Source of the DNA: Heptranchias perlo
Lineage: Eukaryota
DNA: 64,000 nt
Assembly: GCF_035084215.1 (NCBI RefSeq)
Contig: NC_090335.1
Location: forward strand, 47,616,001 to 47,680,000
Direction of reading: 5' to 3'
Shown here: positions 10,591-24,019 of the stretch, in pieces
Numbering within the stretch: the stretch's first letter is position 1
Layout: every line of letters begins with the position of its first letter
Translations under genes and position numbers: made by a program
The notes under the pieces: model-generated
Databases searched by the model: none
What the model saw: the letters and a program-made list of their open reading frames with translations, nothing else
What the model was told of the DNA's origin: nothing

Positions 10591-12399
10591 TTCACTGCCT
10601 CAAAAATTCAACCAATACAACATACAAGCACAAATAGGACTGAGTTGCCTGGACTGTGCTGCATATGGCCCATGGGCTGTAGTTATGACATCTGTTTTAT
10701 TGTGTGTACATATAGAATCAGAATTTTTATTTGTGATCTGGAAATTGTAACATTACCTAATTTCCTGGCCCCCATTCATCCCAATCCTACCAGGGATCCC
10801 AGTATTGCTACGTAGAAAATCTTCACCTCCTATCTGTAGCCCTTTTGAGGAGTTAGAAAATTCCAAATATTATGGCAAACATTTTTTTGGCATATCCATT
10901 GGTCTCTGTCAGGGGTTGAGGAGCTCAGTGTTATATTAGGGGTGTGGTGTTGGCCATTCTTTGGTGGGTTGAGAAAGATGGTAATGATGCACAATGTTGG
11001 AGATTTGATCTAAAATGGCTTGCTATGGGTCTTCAACCCTAATATGCAGATACCAGTTTACTTTTGCTATTAAAACTTTTATATGCAAATTTCACAAATT
11101 TTTGGTGTGACCAGAATGCATTGCTCAATTCTGGAACATAACCTGCTGCTTTGTTTTTGTTTTTTATGGTTTCCCCCATTGGGCCTTTTTTCCACCTTTT
11201 TTTTGTTTTTCATTATTCTCCAATTCCACCCCGCCCCTTATCTTGCCTGGATTGGAAGTGCAAATATTGCATCTGTATTTCCAAAAACCCATGCTTTTTC
11301 TTCTTGCCCTACATTCAGCTGTGTTAAAATAACCATTTTTCTTGAACTCATCGAACTTGCCTCCTGGGGTGGGTGGGGGGGAATGAAAATTCAAAAATAA
11401 AGTTTTCTGGGAATTTTTTTTTTAAAAACAAAATTGTGGAACTCTTTTTATAACAAAGTCCTAAATCCTAATGAAGTTTCTGTGTGAATGAAACTTGTGA
11501 AACAAACCTTAGCATTTTATGCTTATGCAGACAAGTGCTGAGTTCACAAAATTACAGTATACAAGCCTGTAACAGCTTTGATCAAGAACCAGGTCCTGGA
11601 CCTATCCCACTACCAGTTCAGCAAGTTGAGTGGATTTTCCAAAAGGAGGGTGGGGGTGATTTTTCAGTTGGGAATGATTGGCTTTTCAAGTATGTTGTTT
11701 TCCTAAAAGCACAGTGCAGTTGAGCTTTTTAAACTGCTGATTGTACAGAAATCTTACTTGCTCTAAATCAGTGCTCTAAATTGAATAGTCAAACACTGAT
11801 AACCTGTAAATGATTAACCCACCTTCACTTCACCAGGATCTTTACAGTGTGCTGTGATGAAATCTAGTCTATAAACTGGGATTTGTTTTTGAAACTAAAA
11901 TCTTACTATATTCCTACAATAAATAATGGAAAGACTATAGTTATTGCTGCTTGTCCTAGTCCCTGTGCTTCAAGTTCCAAAGTCACTTCTGAGCTTTGAT
12001 CCCTGTGACAGTGTATAATTGTGCTCTGTTCTGCCCTTTCAGCTGTACATTACTATTTTTAGGTTCTCTGACTGCTTATCAACTCACTTTCATTTTTGGC
12101 AGTCCAGCTAACTTTTATAAGTGAATATTCTGCCCAATGATCTTGTTAGCATTCATTTAATACAGAGGATTAATGGATATGCTGTTTAATCAGTTTGCAA
12201 CCACTACTCCTGAAAGGGCACAAGCTGCATTAGGGCTGTAGTAAGTGGGGTTTTCCATGGTGCTATGAAGTTCAAGTTAATTTGTCACTGATTCAAATGT
12301 GGTTGCTCTCACTTCACCTCTGGGAGCTTTTAATTTAGCCCAAATGGAGGAAATGAAAATCTTCTGATACAGGACTAGATAGCGCAGCGTGTTGGAACA

Positions 12400-12670
12400 T
12401 TGCTATGGTCAAATGGGTAAAGGCACCACCTGTGACACCGAGCTGTACAGACCAGAAGGTTGAAAGTTCGATTTCCAGTCTGTTCTGAGTTAGCTAAAGG
12501 ATTGGGCTTAGTTGCAAGGTCATCTATAGTTCAATAGCTTGCTGACAATCACCATCCAAAATTCTAAATGAAGAATGGGCACTTTAATGAAGTGTTGGAG
12601 GCTAGCCAGTGCCAACAGAACTGTATGCCAGCAAGAGTCAGTGCCTTCAGGACAGGATGGGAGAAAAAAT
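12400..12670 (+). mobile_element. Old tRNA-like SINE, unclassified; related copy at ~45875-46235
   Basis: Both copies share GAGCTGTA..GACCAGAA..GTTC..CTGAGTTAGC..ATGAAGAATG. Confidence 0.5.
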
Positions 12671-12915
12671 ATTTGTTAAAATAAAATTTAGCATTTCACT
12701 TATGATCTGGGTTCTAATGCTGCCCAACCACAGAGTGAATGTTCTCTCTTATTTTCTGTCTGTTAAGCTCATAAGTTATATATGTAAAGCATTTTCTGTC
12801 CACCTTCTAATATGTGCAGTTCCAAAGTTTTAAAATTGCACTTAAATTTAATACGGAGTATAATAGATAATGACTTATTTTCTTATCTATTAACTTGTCT
12901 CGTGTTACACTCCAG

Positions 12916-13023
12916 CTCCCCGGTTTAATGTAACTTTGCAGTCTGAGAAGACTCGTGTGTATCAAGGTGAGACTGTGGAGATGAACTGCACTGTTGACCT
13001 GTCGGAGATACCTAACAACTCAG
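12916..13023 (+). CDS. PTGFRN: PTGFRN exon, N-half of Ig domain 6 (not in the ORF track)
   Basis: ctccag|..tcag|gtaatt; 108 bp; APRFNVTLQSEKTRVYQGETVEMNCTV. Confidence 0.9.
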
Positions 13024-14424
13024 GTAATTTTAGGAAAACTATCCCAGATCTGTCATGGGTATCATTCTTTTTTCCCCAAGAGTATGTTCTTCTGATGGGC
13101 TCTTAGGCTTCATGCAGGTTGCATTAGAAATCTTCCAGGCAGCCATGGTGAGTCCTTCTATTCAACAGCTACTGCTGTTCAGGAATCTGCTATGGCTTCT
13201 ATCCATACAGCTTCTCATACTCCTCCCAAAGTATATTATGTAATATGTGTGGGGAGGGGGCACAATGAATAGAGACAACTTACTGAAGGAATAGTACTCT
13301 TCATTCTTCAAATTAAGTTCACCCACCCTATGTACTATAATCAGGACCAAGCAATAAGATTCTTGAGTTCTGTTATTAAAGTCTTCCATCTAAAATAAAA
13401 GAATGTTGACACAAAGAAAGAAGTTAATGAAACAAGTGTTAGCGGCAGAAAGTACTAACAGAAGATTTATTCTTGTATGGCAGGGGTGGTTGAGGTGACC
13501 TGTAGCTCTTGAAGGGAAGAGGAAGTGGAAATATAAATACTTGAAATAAAAATGTAGAATTTTGTTTTGTAAGAAGACCTGTTTTGTTTTCTAATTTGAT
13601 CTCTGTTGGCCGTAAACAATTGTGGGAAAAGTATGGATTGGGTGATGTATGGGTTGGGAAGATCCTGTGGTATATTACCGATGGGAACCCTAAAAAATCC
13701 TCCCCTTCTCTCTGGCTAAATTCTGTTCCCTTTCGATCGATGTCTGTGATGCATAGAGAATGTTGAATGTTGCTTTCTATGAGCCCAATGGACTAGTGAA
13801 TCTTAATTTTTTTTATTATTGTGGATTGTGCAGGCTCATGCTAATTAAAGGTGTATGGTACTCTTGGGCACGATAGCATTGGTATACATTTTTCACATGA
13901 AGTTGTTCCCTGTACAACTCACCCACTACTGCCTCCCCTCTCCGGCAAAACTTTGTTTCAAAGGTCATTTAAAATGCTTCCTCCTGAGAGGGACAGTTGC
14001 ACCTGAAGGTGGTAACCCAAAAGCACCCTCATAGACACTGGCTACATAAGGTCACCTTTCTGGAGAAGTATCTTACATTTAAAGTCCTTTACTTACTCCA
14101 GCCAAGAGTGACATTTCCACTTTAATTTGAACCAACTAAAGCTTTTAATTCAGTCCAAATGAGCAGTGTGCTGTAGTGTAAATGCCTTTGACTTTGTTGA
14201 GTCCATATTTTTGTTTTACTGAGGCTTTTGACTTTAACCCAATTCTGAGTGAGGTTAATCTCTGCTGCACCGAATAATCTATTTGAGCCAAAAGTCAGTT
14301 ATGGTTTCTTTACTCTGCAGTCAATAAAGGTTTATCCAATCTTTTTACTGACAAACCCTTTTAGCTTTCAAATACACACATCTTTGATAAAACTTTCAAA
14401 ATCGACTAATGCAAATTTTTTAAA

Positions 14425-17035
14425 TATTTGTTCATGGGATGTCTGTGTCGCTGGCAAGGCCAGTATTTATTGCCCAGCCCTAATTGCCCTTGAGAAGGTG
14501 GTGGTGAATCGCCTTCGTGAACCACTGCAGTCCGTGTGGTGAAGGTTCTCCCACAGTGTTAGAGTTTCAGGATTTTGACCCAGTGACGATGAAGGAACGG
14601 CGATATATTTCCAAGTCGGGATGGTGTGTGACTTGGAGGGGAATGTGCAGGTGGTGGTGTTCCCATGTGCCTGCTGCCCTTGTCCTTCTAGGTGGTAGAG
14701 GTCATGGGTTTGGGAGGTGTTGTCAAAGAAGCCTTGGTGACTTGCTGCAGTGCATCCTGTGGATGGTGCACACTGCAGCCATGGTGCGCCGGTGGTGAAG
14801 GAAGTGAATGTTTAGGGTGGTGGATGGGGTGCCAATCAAGCAGGATGCTTTGTCCTAGATGGCATCGAGCTTCTTGAGTGTTGTTGGAGCTGCACTCATC
14901 CAGGCAAGCGGAGAGTATTCCATCACACTCTTGACTTGTGCCTTGTAGATGGTGGAAAGGCTTTGGGGAGTCAGGAGGTGAATCATGTGCCTGCTCTTGT
15001 AGCCACAGTATTTATGTGGCTGGTCCAGTTAAGTTTCTGGTCAGTGGTGATCCCCAGGATGTTGATGGGGGATTTGGCAATGGTAATGCCATTGAATGTC
15101 AAGGGGAGGTGGTTAGACTTTCTCTTGTTGGAGATGGTCATTGCTTGGCAGTTGTCTGGCATGATTGTTACTTGCCACTTATCAGCCCGAGCCTGAATGT
15201 TGTCAGGGTCTTGCTGCATGCGGGCATGGACTGCTGCATTATCTGAGGGGTTGCGAATGGAACTGAACTCTGTGCAATCATCAGCGAACATCCCCACTTC
15301 TAACCTTATGATGGAGGGAAGGTCATTGCTGCAGGAATTCCTCAGGGCAGTGTCCTTGGCCCAACCACCTTCAGCTGCTTCAATGTCCTGGGGCTGAGAT
15401 GATTGGCTTCCAACAACCACTACCATCTTTGTGCTAGGTATGACTCAGCCACTGGAGAGTTTCCCCCTGATTCCCATTGACTTCAATTTTACTAGGGCTC
15501 CTTGGTGCCACACTCGGTCAAATGCTGCCTTGATGTCAAGGGCAGTCACTCTCACCTCACCTTTTGGAATTCAGCTGTTTTGTCCATATTTGGACCAAGC
15601 CTGTAATGAGGTCTGAAGCAGAGTGGTCCTGGTGAAATCCAAGCTGAGCATCGGCGAGTAAGTGCAGCTTGATAGCACTGTCAACGACACCTTCCATCAC
15701 TTTGCTGATGATTGAGAATAGACTGATGGGGTGGTAATTGGCCAGATTGGATTTGTCCTGCCTTTTGTGGACAGGGCATACCTGGGCAATTTTCCACATT
15801 GTCAGGTAAATGCCAGTGCTGTAGCTGTACTGGAACAGTTTGGCTAGAGGTACAGCTCGTTCTGGAGCACAAGTCTTCAGCACTACAGCCGGGATGTTGT
15901 CAGGGCTCATAGCCTTTGCTGTATCCAGTGCACTTAGCCACTTATCACGTGGTGTGAATCGAATTGGCTGAAGACTGACTTCTGTGATGGTGGGGATATC
16001 TGGAGGAGGCAGAGATGGATCATCCACTCGGCACTTCTGGCTGAAGATGGTTGCAAACGCTTTAGCTTTGTCTTTTGCACTCGCGTGTTGGAGTCTGCCA
16101 TCTTTGAGGATGGGGATGTTTACATCCTCCCGTTAGTTGTTTAATTGTCCACCACCATTCACGACTGGATGTAGCAGGACTGCAGAGCTTTAGTCTGATT
16201 GTGGAATCGCTTAACTCTGTCTATAGCATGTTGCTTCTGTTGTTTAGCATGCATGTAGCCCTGTGTTGTAGCTTCATCAGGATGGCACCTCATTTTTAGG
16301 TATGCCTGGTGCTGCACCTGGCATGCTCTTCTACACTCCTCATTGAACCAGGGTTGATCCCCTGGCTTGTTGGTAATGATAAAGTGAAGAATATGCCGGA
16401 CCATGAGGTTACAGATTGTGCTGGAAAATAATTCTGCTGCTGATGGCCCACAGCACCTCATGGATGCCCAGTTTTGAGCTGCTGATCTGATCTGAATCTA
16501 TCCCATTTAGCACTGTGATAGTGCCACACAACACGTTGGATGGTGTCCTCAGTGCGAAGATGAGACTTCATCTCCACGTGGACTGTGCGGTGGTCACTCC
16601 TACCAATACGATCATGGACAGATGCATCTGAAACAGGTAGATTGGTGAGGATGAGGTCAAATAGGTTTTTCCCTTGTTTTGGTTCGTTTACCCACCTGCT
16701 GCAGGCCCAGTGTGGCAGTTATGTCCTTCAGGACTCTGCCAGCTCGGTCAGTAGTGGTGCTACCGAGCCACTTTTGATAATGGATATTGAAGTCCCCACC
16801 CAGAGTATATTCTGTGCCCTTGCTACCCTCTGCTTCCTCCAAGTGGTGCTGAACATGGAGGACTGATTCATCAGCTGAGGGAGGGCGGAAGGTGGTAATC
16901 AGCAGGAGGTTTCCTTGCCCATGTTTGACCTGATGCCATGAGATTTCATGGGGTCCAGAGTCAATGTTGAGGACTCCTGGGGCCACTCCCTCCTGACTGT
17001 ATCACTGTACCGCCACCTCTGGTGCGTCTGTTCTG
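14425..17035 (-). mobile_element. CR1-group LINE ORF2 (APE + RT), decayed, in a PTGFRN intron
   Basis: GDFNIH, PWFNEECRRA, NYHPISLFSIISKVME, MFADDC; many frameshifts. Confidence 0.88.
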
Positions 17036-17756
17036 CCTATAAAACTATAAAATATTTCGATGTGTTTGATTTTGTTTAGCAGCTGAATAGTTAAGAAAAC
17101 TTGTGACCTGAGCAGGCCGGAGCTAGTTCAGTACATTGTTGACATATTGCAGTGCAAGATGCACTTTTTACCAGGAAGTTCTGCTACTGTGATTGCTGTT
17201 ATCTACCTGAGCATTGATGCTGTTCTAGTAATACAATATGCAACTGCTTCTACCCTTAATCTAGTGTCCTTTGAAGCCAGAGCATTTTGTTTTATTATGA
17301 AATATTGGTGAAAAACATTTTATGAGCATGACTTGGTTTTCTTGGCCTCCTTGCAGGAAATTCCCAACCTCTCCAATGATCCTTCCCTCTGCCAGCATTA
17401 CAGACACTAACGTCTCTGTCTCTTGCTCTTGTGCGGGCATGGATCTATCCTCTGCTGCTTCCCAATCCCCTGAACTCCTGCACTGATTAAACCAACCCAT
17501 TTTGACTTGAAATCCTTAAAGATTACTCTAATCCTTTGGATACTGACGGCTTTTTTAACTTTCAAAATATGCACATGAAACAAGCTGTTCAATATTTCTC
17601 ACGCCCTGGTGCTTTTATGATAAATGAGGGGAAAGGTTTAAATTTTGGTGCAGGAAATGTAATGCAGTTCTTGAGTAGAATTGAATTTAAATATGTACAT
17701 GGTTGTAATGGACTATTCATTAATTAAAATTTTTGGTTTATTGATCTTCCTCCTAG

Positions 17757-18059
17757 ATGTCTTGTATGAGGTAGAATGGTTCTTGATCCAACAGTTCTCC
17801 GTTAACACAACCCAAAGTCCCCTGGTGCTGGTAGATCAGAGGTCAGTGGTGACACACCTGAAAGACGACATCACCAACGAAATCAGCGTTGAACGAGTCA
17901 GCATGCACGAATTCCGTCTACGAATACACTGTTCTGAGAAGAATATTGCTGGCAATTACTTCTGCAAAGTAACACCTTGGATAAAATCCGAAACTGGAAT
18001 GTGGCAGAAAATGCCACCACAGCAATCTGATTCGCTTTCAGTACGCGTCGATATTTCAG
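17757..18059 (+). CDS. PTGFRN: PTGFRN exon, C-half of Ig domain 6
   Basis: cctag|..tcag|gttagt; 303 bp; SVERVSMHEFRL..GNYFCKVTPWIKSETGMWQK. Confidence 0.95.
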
Positions 18060-18469
18060 GTTAGTTTTGATTTACTCATAAAGGAGATGCCATTAAGCAA
18101 ATCACAAGTACATTGTTCCTTGATATAGTTAGGATTTCTTGCCAGTTTACCTGGAAATTTTTCATTTTTTTTAACGAAAAAAACAAAATCCAAGTGAAAA
18201 AGGAGGGAAGGAATTCAAAAAATTAATTTATGCTCATTTTTCTTGCTGGTTATGTTGGTTTGTTAAATTATGCAATATTTGAAGCAAATTAAGTAGTATA
18301 AGCAGTCCTTTTTCCTGACTTTCATTGGGTACTGGAAATGAGATGCATTACTCTACATCAGATTATTTGTCCATGTTCAATTGACGGAGGTGCACGGCAA
18401 CATAGTGAGATTCTCAATTAGAGAATTGTACATGAGTCAAAAAAAAAGTATTACAATTGTGACTGTCAA

Positions 18470-18640
18470 GAGAATTCGAGCAGGTTGGAATGCATGCCTG
18501 TAAAGGAACCTGCAAGATTTTCTTCCATTAATTTAAATATTGGCAAATTGGGTGGCTCTTTTACAGGCATGTGTTCCAACGCATCCAATTTTCTGGAATT
18601 CACCATGCCCAGGCAATCCAGTCTTGATGGTGGAAAATCT
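18470..18640. repeat. Short imperfect palindrome / old MITE-like element
   Basis: GTTGGAATGCATGCCTGTAAAG..TTTTACAGGCATGTGTTCCAAC. Confidence 0.55.
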
Positions 18641-19402
18641 CCTCTTTTAGTGTCTCAAATCTATTTTGAGATGGTGACATCCTGAAGCAGTGAAACAGAA
18701 GATAAAATGTCATAATCCTCACAATTACAGCATATAACCACAAAGTAGATTCTCCTCATTGATGTTGCTCAGTGATTTTGCTGTATTGCATTTCCAGGGA
18801 TAAAAAATCAGTGGATTTTATCTGTTGCACAGATAAAGCTAGCCTGTCTGACAGTGCATCCATTTAATGTGTGTGTGTATATGTATTAGTTATATTTTGG
18901 ATGACTGAACCAAAATGGGTCAAATGGCCTCCTTTTAGTCATAATTATTTTGTGATTACTCATTTATCACCATGGTTACACTCACAGGATATTCCTGCTT
19001 GTGAAATGCCCTCTTAGGTAATTGTAAAGTTAATTATTAACACATAGGTATGGGATTGGAGAGTATAGTAAAAAAGCAGAGAAAGGTGGTGGGAGAGACA
19101 GAGGTCAAAGATGAACAAATCAAGTGAAACAGTCTGAAATGGTAAAATATAGGTTAATAGAAGATAAGGTAAAAGGCAATATTAATGACCAAGGGAATGA
19201 GAGATAATTAGAGAACTGAGAAGGAGTGAATAAAAGTAGGGCTCAGAAAAATACAATTCAAAGAATGGACAAATAAGGTGCTAGAATGGAAAATGAGTAT
19301 TTGCATAATGGAGAGGAATATTATGAGACCAGAGAAACATGTAGTAACTGCTTGTTTTATTTTCTGCCTTCCTCTTCTCCCTTTCCTCCCCTCCTTTTTT
19401 AG

Positions 19403-19566
19403 TGCTCAATTCCTTTAAGATGCCTTTGATATACGGGATTGGCAGTGCCTTATTAATTGGAATTCTCGCTTGTGCAATCGGATTCTGTGCTTCTCGAACC
19501 TGTGCTAGGGAGAAAACTGCAACAAGATGTGAGCAACACAGGTTAATGACGATGCCCTCGGACTGA
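19403..19566 (+). CDS. PTGFRN: PTGFRN last coding exon, TM and cytoplasmic tail (not in the ORF track)
   Basis: ttttag|; VLNSFKMPLIYGIGSALLIGILACAIGFCASRTCAREKTATRCEQHRLMTMPSD*, similar to recalled human VLNAFKYPLLIGVGL..RRRLMSMEMD. Confidence 0.93.
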
Positions 19567-20934
19567 GATGATCTCTTGCAACATTTCAGGAGTGACCATT
19601 GGATGAACTACAGAAACTACCTACACTGCAATTTGGGGAGGGGGAGAAAGCAGATGTTGTGGAGGTGTCTGATGTCTTTTTAGAATTTTATCACGTGCAA
19701 TGATTGTAATTTTTTTTTTTAAAAAGCCATGTTCAGATTTTTGAATGGGGTAAAAACACTTTGGGAATGTCACACTGTGATTTTTGTGACTTATTTTTTA
19801 AGTGGAGTAAGTGATACTGTGGAGATACTGCCAGTGTTTCTCAATGTCTGCCCATCTCTGTCTGTAGAGAAGACCTGGCTCCAGCCACATTTCCTTGGTC
19901 TCTGCTGGTCAGTCACCATTATTGTGGTTTCTAATTATTGGTATGGGGGAGGAGGGGGAAGTGTGTGTAAACGAAACACAATTCTTCCAATGGTAATATG
20001 GATGGGGGTTTGTTCTGTGAATGTGAATTCAAAATTATCAGTGAAATATTATAGAATGAATTTGGCAGAGTGCCAAGATTCCACTGGTTTGCTTAAAAGG
20101 CTGAAGCTGGTAAAATAAACAGAATGTTTAACACTCTTCTGGGATAGTCTTTCATTTGGAAGAAAGACTGTGACCCGAAAGGAGAAGAGGTACAGCTGCC
20201 ACGGACTAAAATGGGCTGTAACGGAAAAGGGATTTCTTTTAATGTTGCAGGGAGGGGCAGAGGTTCCATTAATGAAGATGGATTCCCAAGATACTGTATT
20301 AAGAGTATAATAAATTGCACAACTTTATTGCTGCCTTTGAGCATGCACAGGGTGAAATTTACACTAGAGGATATCGCCCTTGACACAGCCCACACCAGTA
20401 CAGTCTGTTTCAAGCTGATCTTTGTATGAAGCACCTGGTTTTGTCAGTATATCTCACTGTGTAAATTAAGCTGATATTGAAATTAGATGCAGTTCTAAAC
20501 AAAATAAAAATGCAGCCTAATTGGTGGATGATTGCCACTGGGTTGGCATCAGTGCAGATAAGTTGAAGTGATTTAGGGTGGTGTGGCATCACACAACAAA
20601 TCATGTGAATTTCTACGCATGCGGCACAATTTGTTCTTGGACTATTGTAATTTGCCTTTTGAAAGTCCAGAGCCAATGAAAATGCTGGTTTCTGGGCACT
20701 TATACATCATTTGCCATGAAGATGGTGCACAGTCCAGTCCTGGACTTGCACTTGCAAAATCCCTGGCTAAGCAGTTCTAACTACACACATTCTTCCAGTT
20801 TTACCACAGAGCGATAATGCTCGTACTGGAGAGAGGAACAGAACGAGAAATCTCATTGTCTGCCTCTTCCTCCCATTTTTCACACCAAGTGAGCAATTGG
20901 GGAAGATGATCAATGGCTGAATTTCCCTCCTCCA

Positions 20935-21460
20935 TAACTAGCCGAATTTAGGCAGCGCAACAGTGGAAAAATGAAATTGGGTGAGGAGGCTTACCACCAC
21001 ATGCCCGCCCCTACCAGCACCACCATGGATTTTCCTTACACCACCTGCCCTAGCTGGGAAGGCAGCTGACTGCCCCTTCACCACCTCATTTCATTAATGA
21101 TGGCAGAGAGGTGAAGGCCAGGAAACCCATACAAATTTCCCTGCCTACTATTGGTGATCCAAGGGACTTCTAGGAGAGGGGTGACTATATATATCCTGGG
21201 GTAGCAGTGTCCAGGCCTGTGGAAGCTGCTTTTGGAGGGAGGGCCCAGTAGTGAAAACCTCTTCTTGTGGCTCCATAACCTTACTGACTGCAACATTGCT
21301 GCATCATTATTGGCTCCCTTTTGTTGACAGGAACCCCACCCTGCATAGGTAAATGGCTCCGTCCCATTAAAATGGATCGGAGTTGTGGCAGGATTAGAGC
21401 AGATGTCCTGCCTCAAACCCCCTCAGGCAGTAAACCCACCCCAGAGGAAAGCCCAGGCTT
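20935..21460. mobile_element. Degenerate MITE-like element in the PTGFRN 3' UTR
   Basis: GC-richer island resembling the MITE-like elements at 32.4, 44.5 and 45.3 kb. Confidence 0.4.
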
Positions 21461-22823
21461 AACTTTTTGTTTGTGGAACAGTACAATGGCCATACTCTGC
21501 TAATCTCCCACTTGTAGGAGAAGTGATGCACAATGGTTAACAACCTCTATGGGAGAAAAGCTAAAACAAACAATCGAGTGCAACATGGGTCTTCTGTATG
21601 TCTCCAGCACATGCTAAGAAGCAGATCATTTCTTTCTGTGCTCCAGGTGTGTATACTATTTTGTTCTGTACAGGTTAGTGAACAAGCCAAGTGCCAACAT
21701 TGCTTAATGGGAATTATTACCATAATACTACAAAAAGTCTTCAAGTATTTAATCTGAGTGACTGAAATACACTTTACTAAAAATTAGGATTTGTAAAATT
21801 GATTTTGCTTAGAATTTTGTTTTAAAGTAGTGGCTTTTATATGATAGCACTTAAATGCATAAATTGAATAACTCAAATCACAACCACTGATTGGGTTCCA
21901 GTTTGTTCACTTAGTCAAGTTGTCTTTTTTTTAAAAAAAATTTATATATCAAGGAAATTGTAACACACTTCCTACAGGCCCATAGCAGTGTGCACCAGAC
22001 TTGTACTGACAATATAGTTGTTGACTGACCTGTGTATTCAAACATTTCCTGTTGCTATTTCAGATTTTCAAATTGTGCAGTTTTTTTAAATTTTGAGTCA
22101 AATAATCAATTATTTAGATGATCAAATGCACCAGCCAGCCATCTTGAATACACCACTGTTACGATTAGTGCCACGATGAATGTTGCTGTTCCTAGAATAT
22201 TGCATGTTCTGGAGCTGAGATCCAAGGCACATATTTGAGACATTCAAATATGCAGCCCCAAATTTATTTGTCTGGAACATGAACCAGTTTGCAGTGGCTT
22301 TACTGGTGACTCTTGTAGAATGTAACAAAAATATGACATCTTCTGTCTTCTGTAATGAGGCGGCAGTACTTTAGACCCTTGGGCTGATCAATCCATGAAA
22401 CAGACCCTGCTTAGGAATTTGTCTGTGTTTTTGTGTGTGTGTGTGTGTCCCCTCCCATGTGCCTAGACTTTACAGAGTGATTTTCCCATCAGGATGCATA
22501 GCTTGGATCTCAAGTGGGAAACCCACTCTGATACCACATGCAGGTGCTAGATTGCAAAAAAAACACTTTCCTGTATATTTTCTTAGAATATCACTTCTGC
22601 TCTTAAAGGTCAAACATATTTCCTTGGTACTGATTTCCTAAAGGTATTTTGTACTTCAAATATGTTTAGGAAATCTCTAAGTGAGCGATATATTCTTCTG
22701 CCTATTGCTTTGCACATTTGGGTTAAACAAAACATGTCAGTGTAAGATTAAAAAGACAAAAATTGTTGAACTAAAATCCATAAAACATGCAAACTCTTAA
22801 TGAACAGTTCAAGTTTAATTTTA

Positions 22824-22990
22824 AATAAATGCCCCTCCTATATAAATTTACTTAAATGTTTCTTACATTTGAAAAAAATGCAACTTACAGCTGTATGTAT
22901 ACAACACAAGCTGTGAGCATAGGTTGGTGATACTTGTAATAAGTTTTTTGTTATTAAAGTTTGCTCATGGTTTCTATTTGTGTGGTTGAA
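22824..22990 (+). terminator. Candidate PTGFRN polyadenylation signals
   Basis: AATAAA 22824-22829 and ATTAAA 22953-22958 followed by GT/T-rich sequence; implies a 3' UTR of about 3.4 kb. Confidence 0.5.
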
Positions 22991-23494
22991 TGTTTGTTTC
23001 TAAAGTTTTTATTCTTTGTTAGTTGATCTTTTGTGGCATTGCTTAGAGTCAAAACATTCGTGCCTATCTTCCCATAACTGGCTCTCTGTCTTCTCCCCCT
23101 CCCTGTTTGTCTTCCACTTCTGTCTTTTCCCTTTTCTCTTCACAATGAAAACGTGAAGCAGATCAACTCTAACTCTGCAACGTTTACTTTTCTGTGAGTC
23201 CTTCCCATTGTCTCCTCTTTTCTATATGTATTCCACACTGTCTCACAGCTCCTTCCTTTTTTTTCTGTCTCTATGGGGTAGAAATTGGACCACATTGCAT
23301 CATTTTTCAGCTGCAAAATGGGGGCAAACAGTTTCAATTTCACAGGGCTATGTCCTGGGTAACTATAGACCCATTAGTTTGGCATCAGTAATAGGAAAGA
23401 TGCTAGGGGTATCATTAGCAATGTAATATATGACTACTTGGACAGAGAAGAACATATTGGACAGCCAACATGGCTTCAAAAAAAAAAGGTAATG

Positions 23495-24015
23495 TCCGAA
23501 CATAAGAAATAGGAGCAAGAGTAGGCCATTTGGCCCCTCGAGTCTGCCCTGCCATTCAATAAGATAATGGCTGATTTTTGAACTAAAAGAACTCCATTTC
23601 TGCCTGGTCCCCCATATCCCTTGATTCCCCTAGAATCCAAGAATCTATCTACCTCTGACTTGAATGTACTCAACGACCGATCATCCACAGCCCACTGGCA
23701 TAGAGAATTCCAAAGATTCGCAACCCTCTGAGTGAAGAAATTTCTCCTCATCTCAGTCCTAAATGGCCGAGCCCTTATCCTGAGACTATGCACCCCCCCC
23801 CCCCCCCCCCCACAAGTTCTAGACTCTCCAGCCAGGGGAAACCAACTCTCTGCATCTACCCTGTCAAGCCCTCTCGGAATGTTATGTTTCAATAAGATTA
23901 CCTCTCTTCTAAACTCCAGACAGTATAGGCCCATTCTACTCAATCTGCTCAGGACAACCCTCATCCTGGGAATCAATCTAGTGCGCCTTTGTTGCACCAC
24001 CTCCTAAGGCAAGTA
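23495..24015 (-). mobile_element. CR1 3' fragment
   Basis: ORF 23476..24000 RRNFFTQRVANLWNSL..FKSEVDRFLD. Confidence 0.88.
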
Positions 24016-24019
24016 GATT

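Noticed and set aside
7234-19566. Antigen-receptor V segments, or an IGSF3/CD101/IGSF8 identity
   Set aside because: I noticed no RSS, and the exon chain, peptide motifs and C-terminus match PTGFRN specifically.
19729-22641. Short ORFs in the PTGFRN 3' UTR
   Set aside because: No homology signals or splice framework; consistent with chance ORFs.
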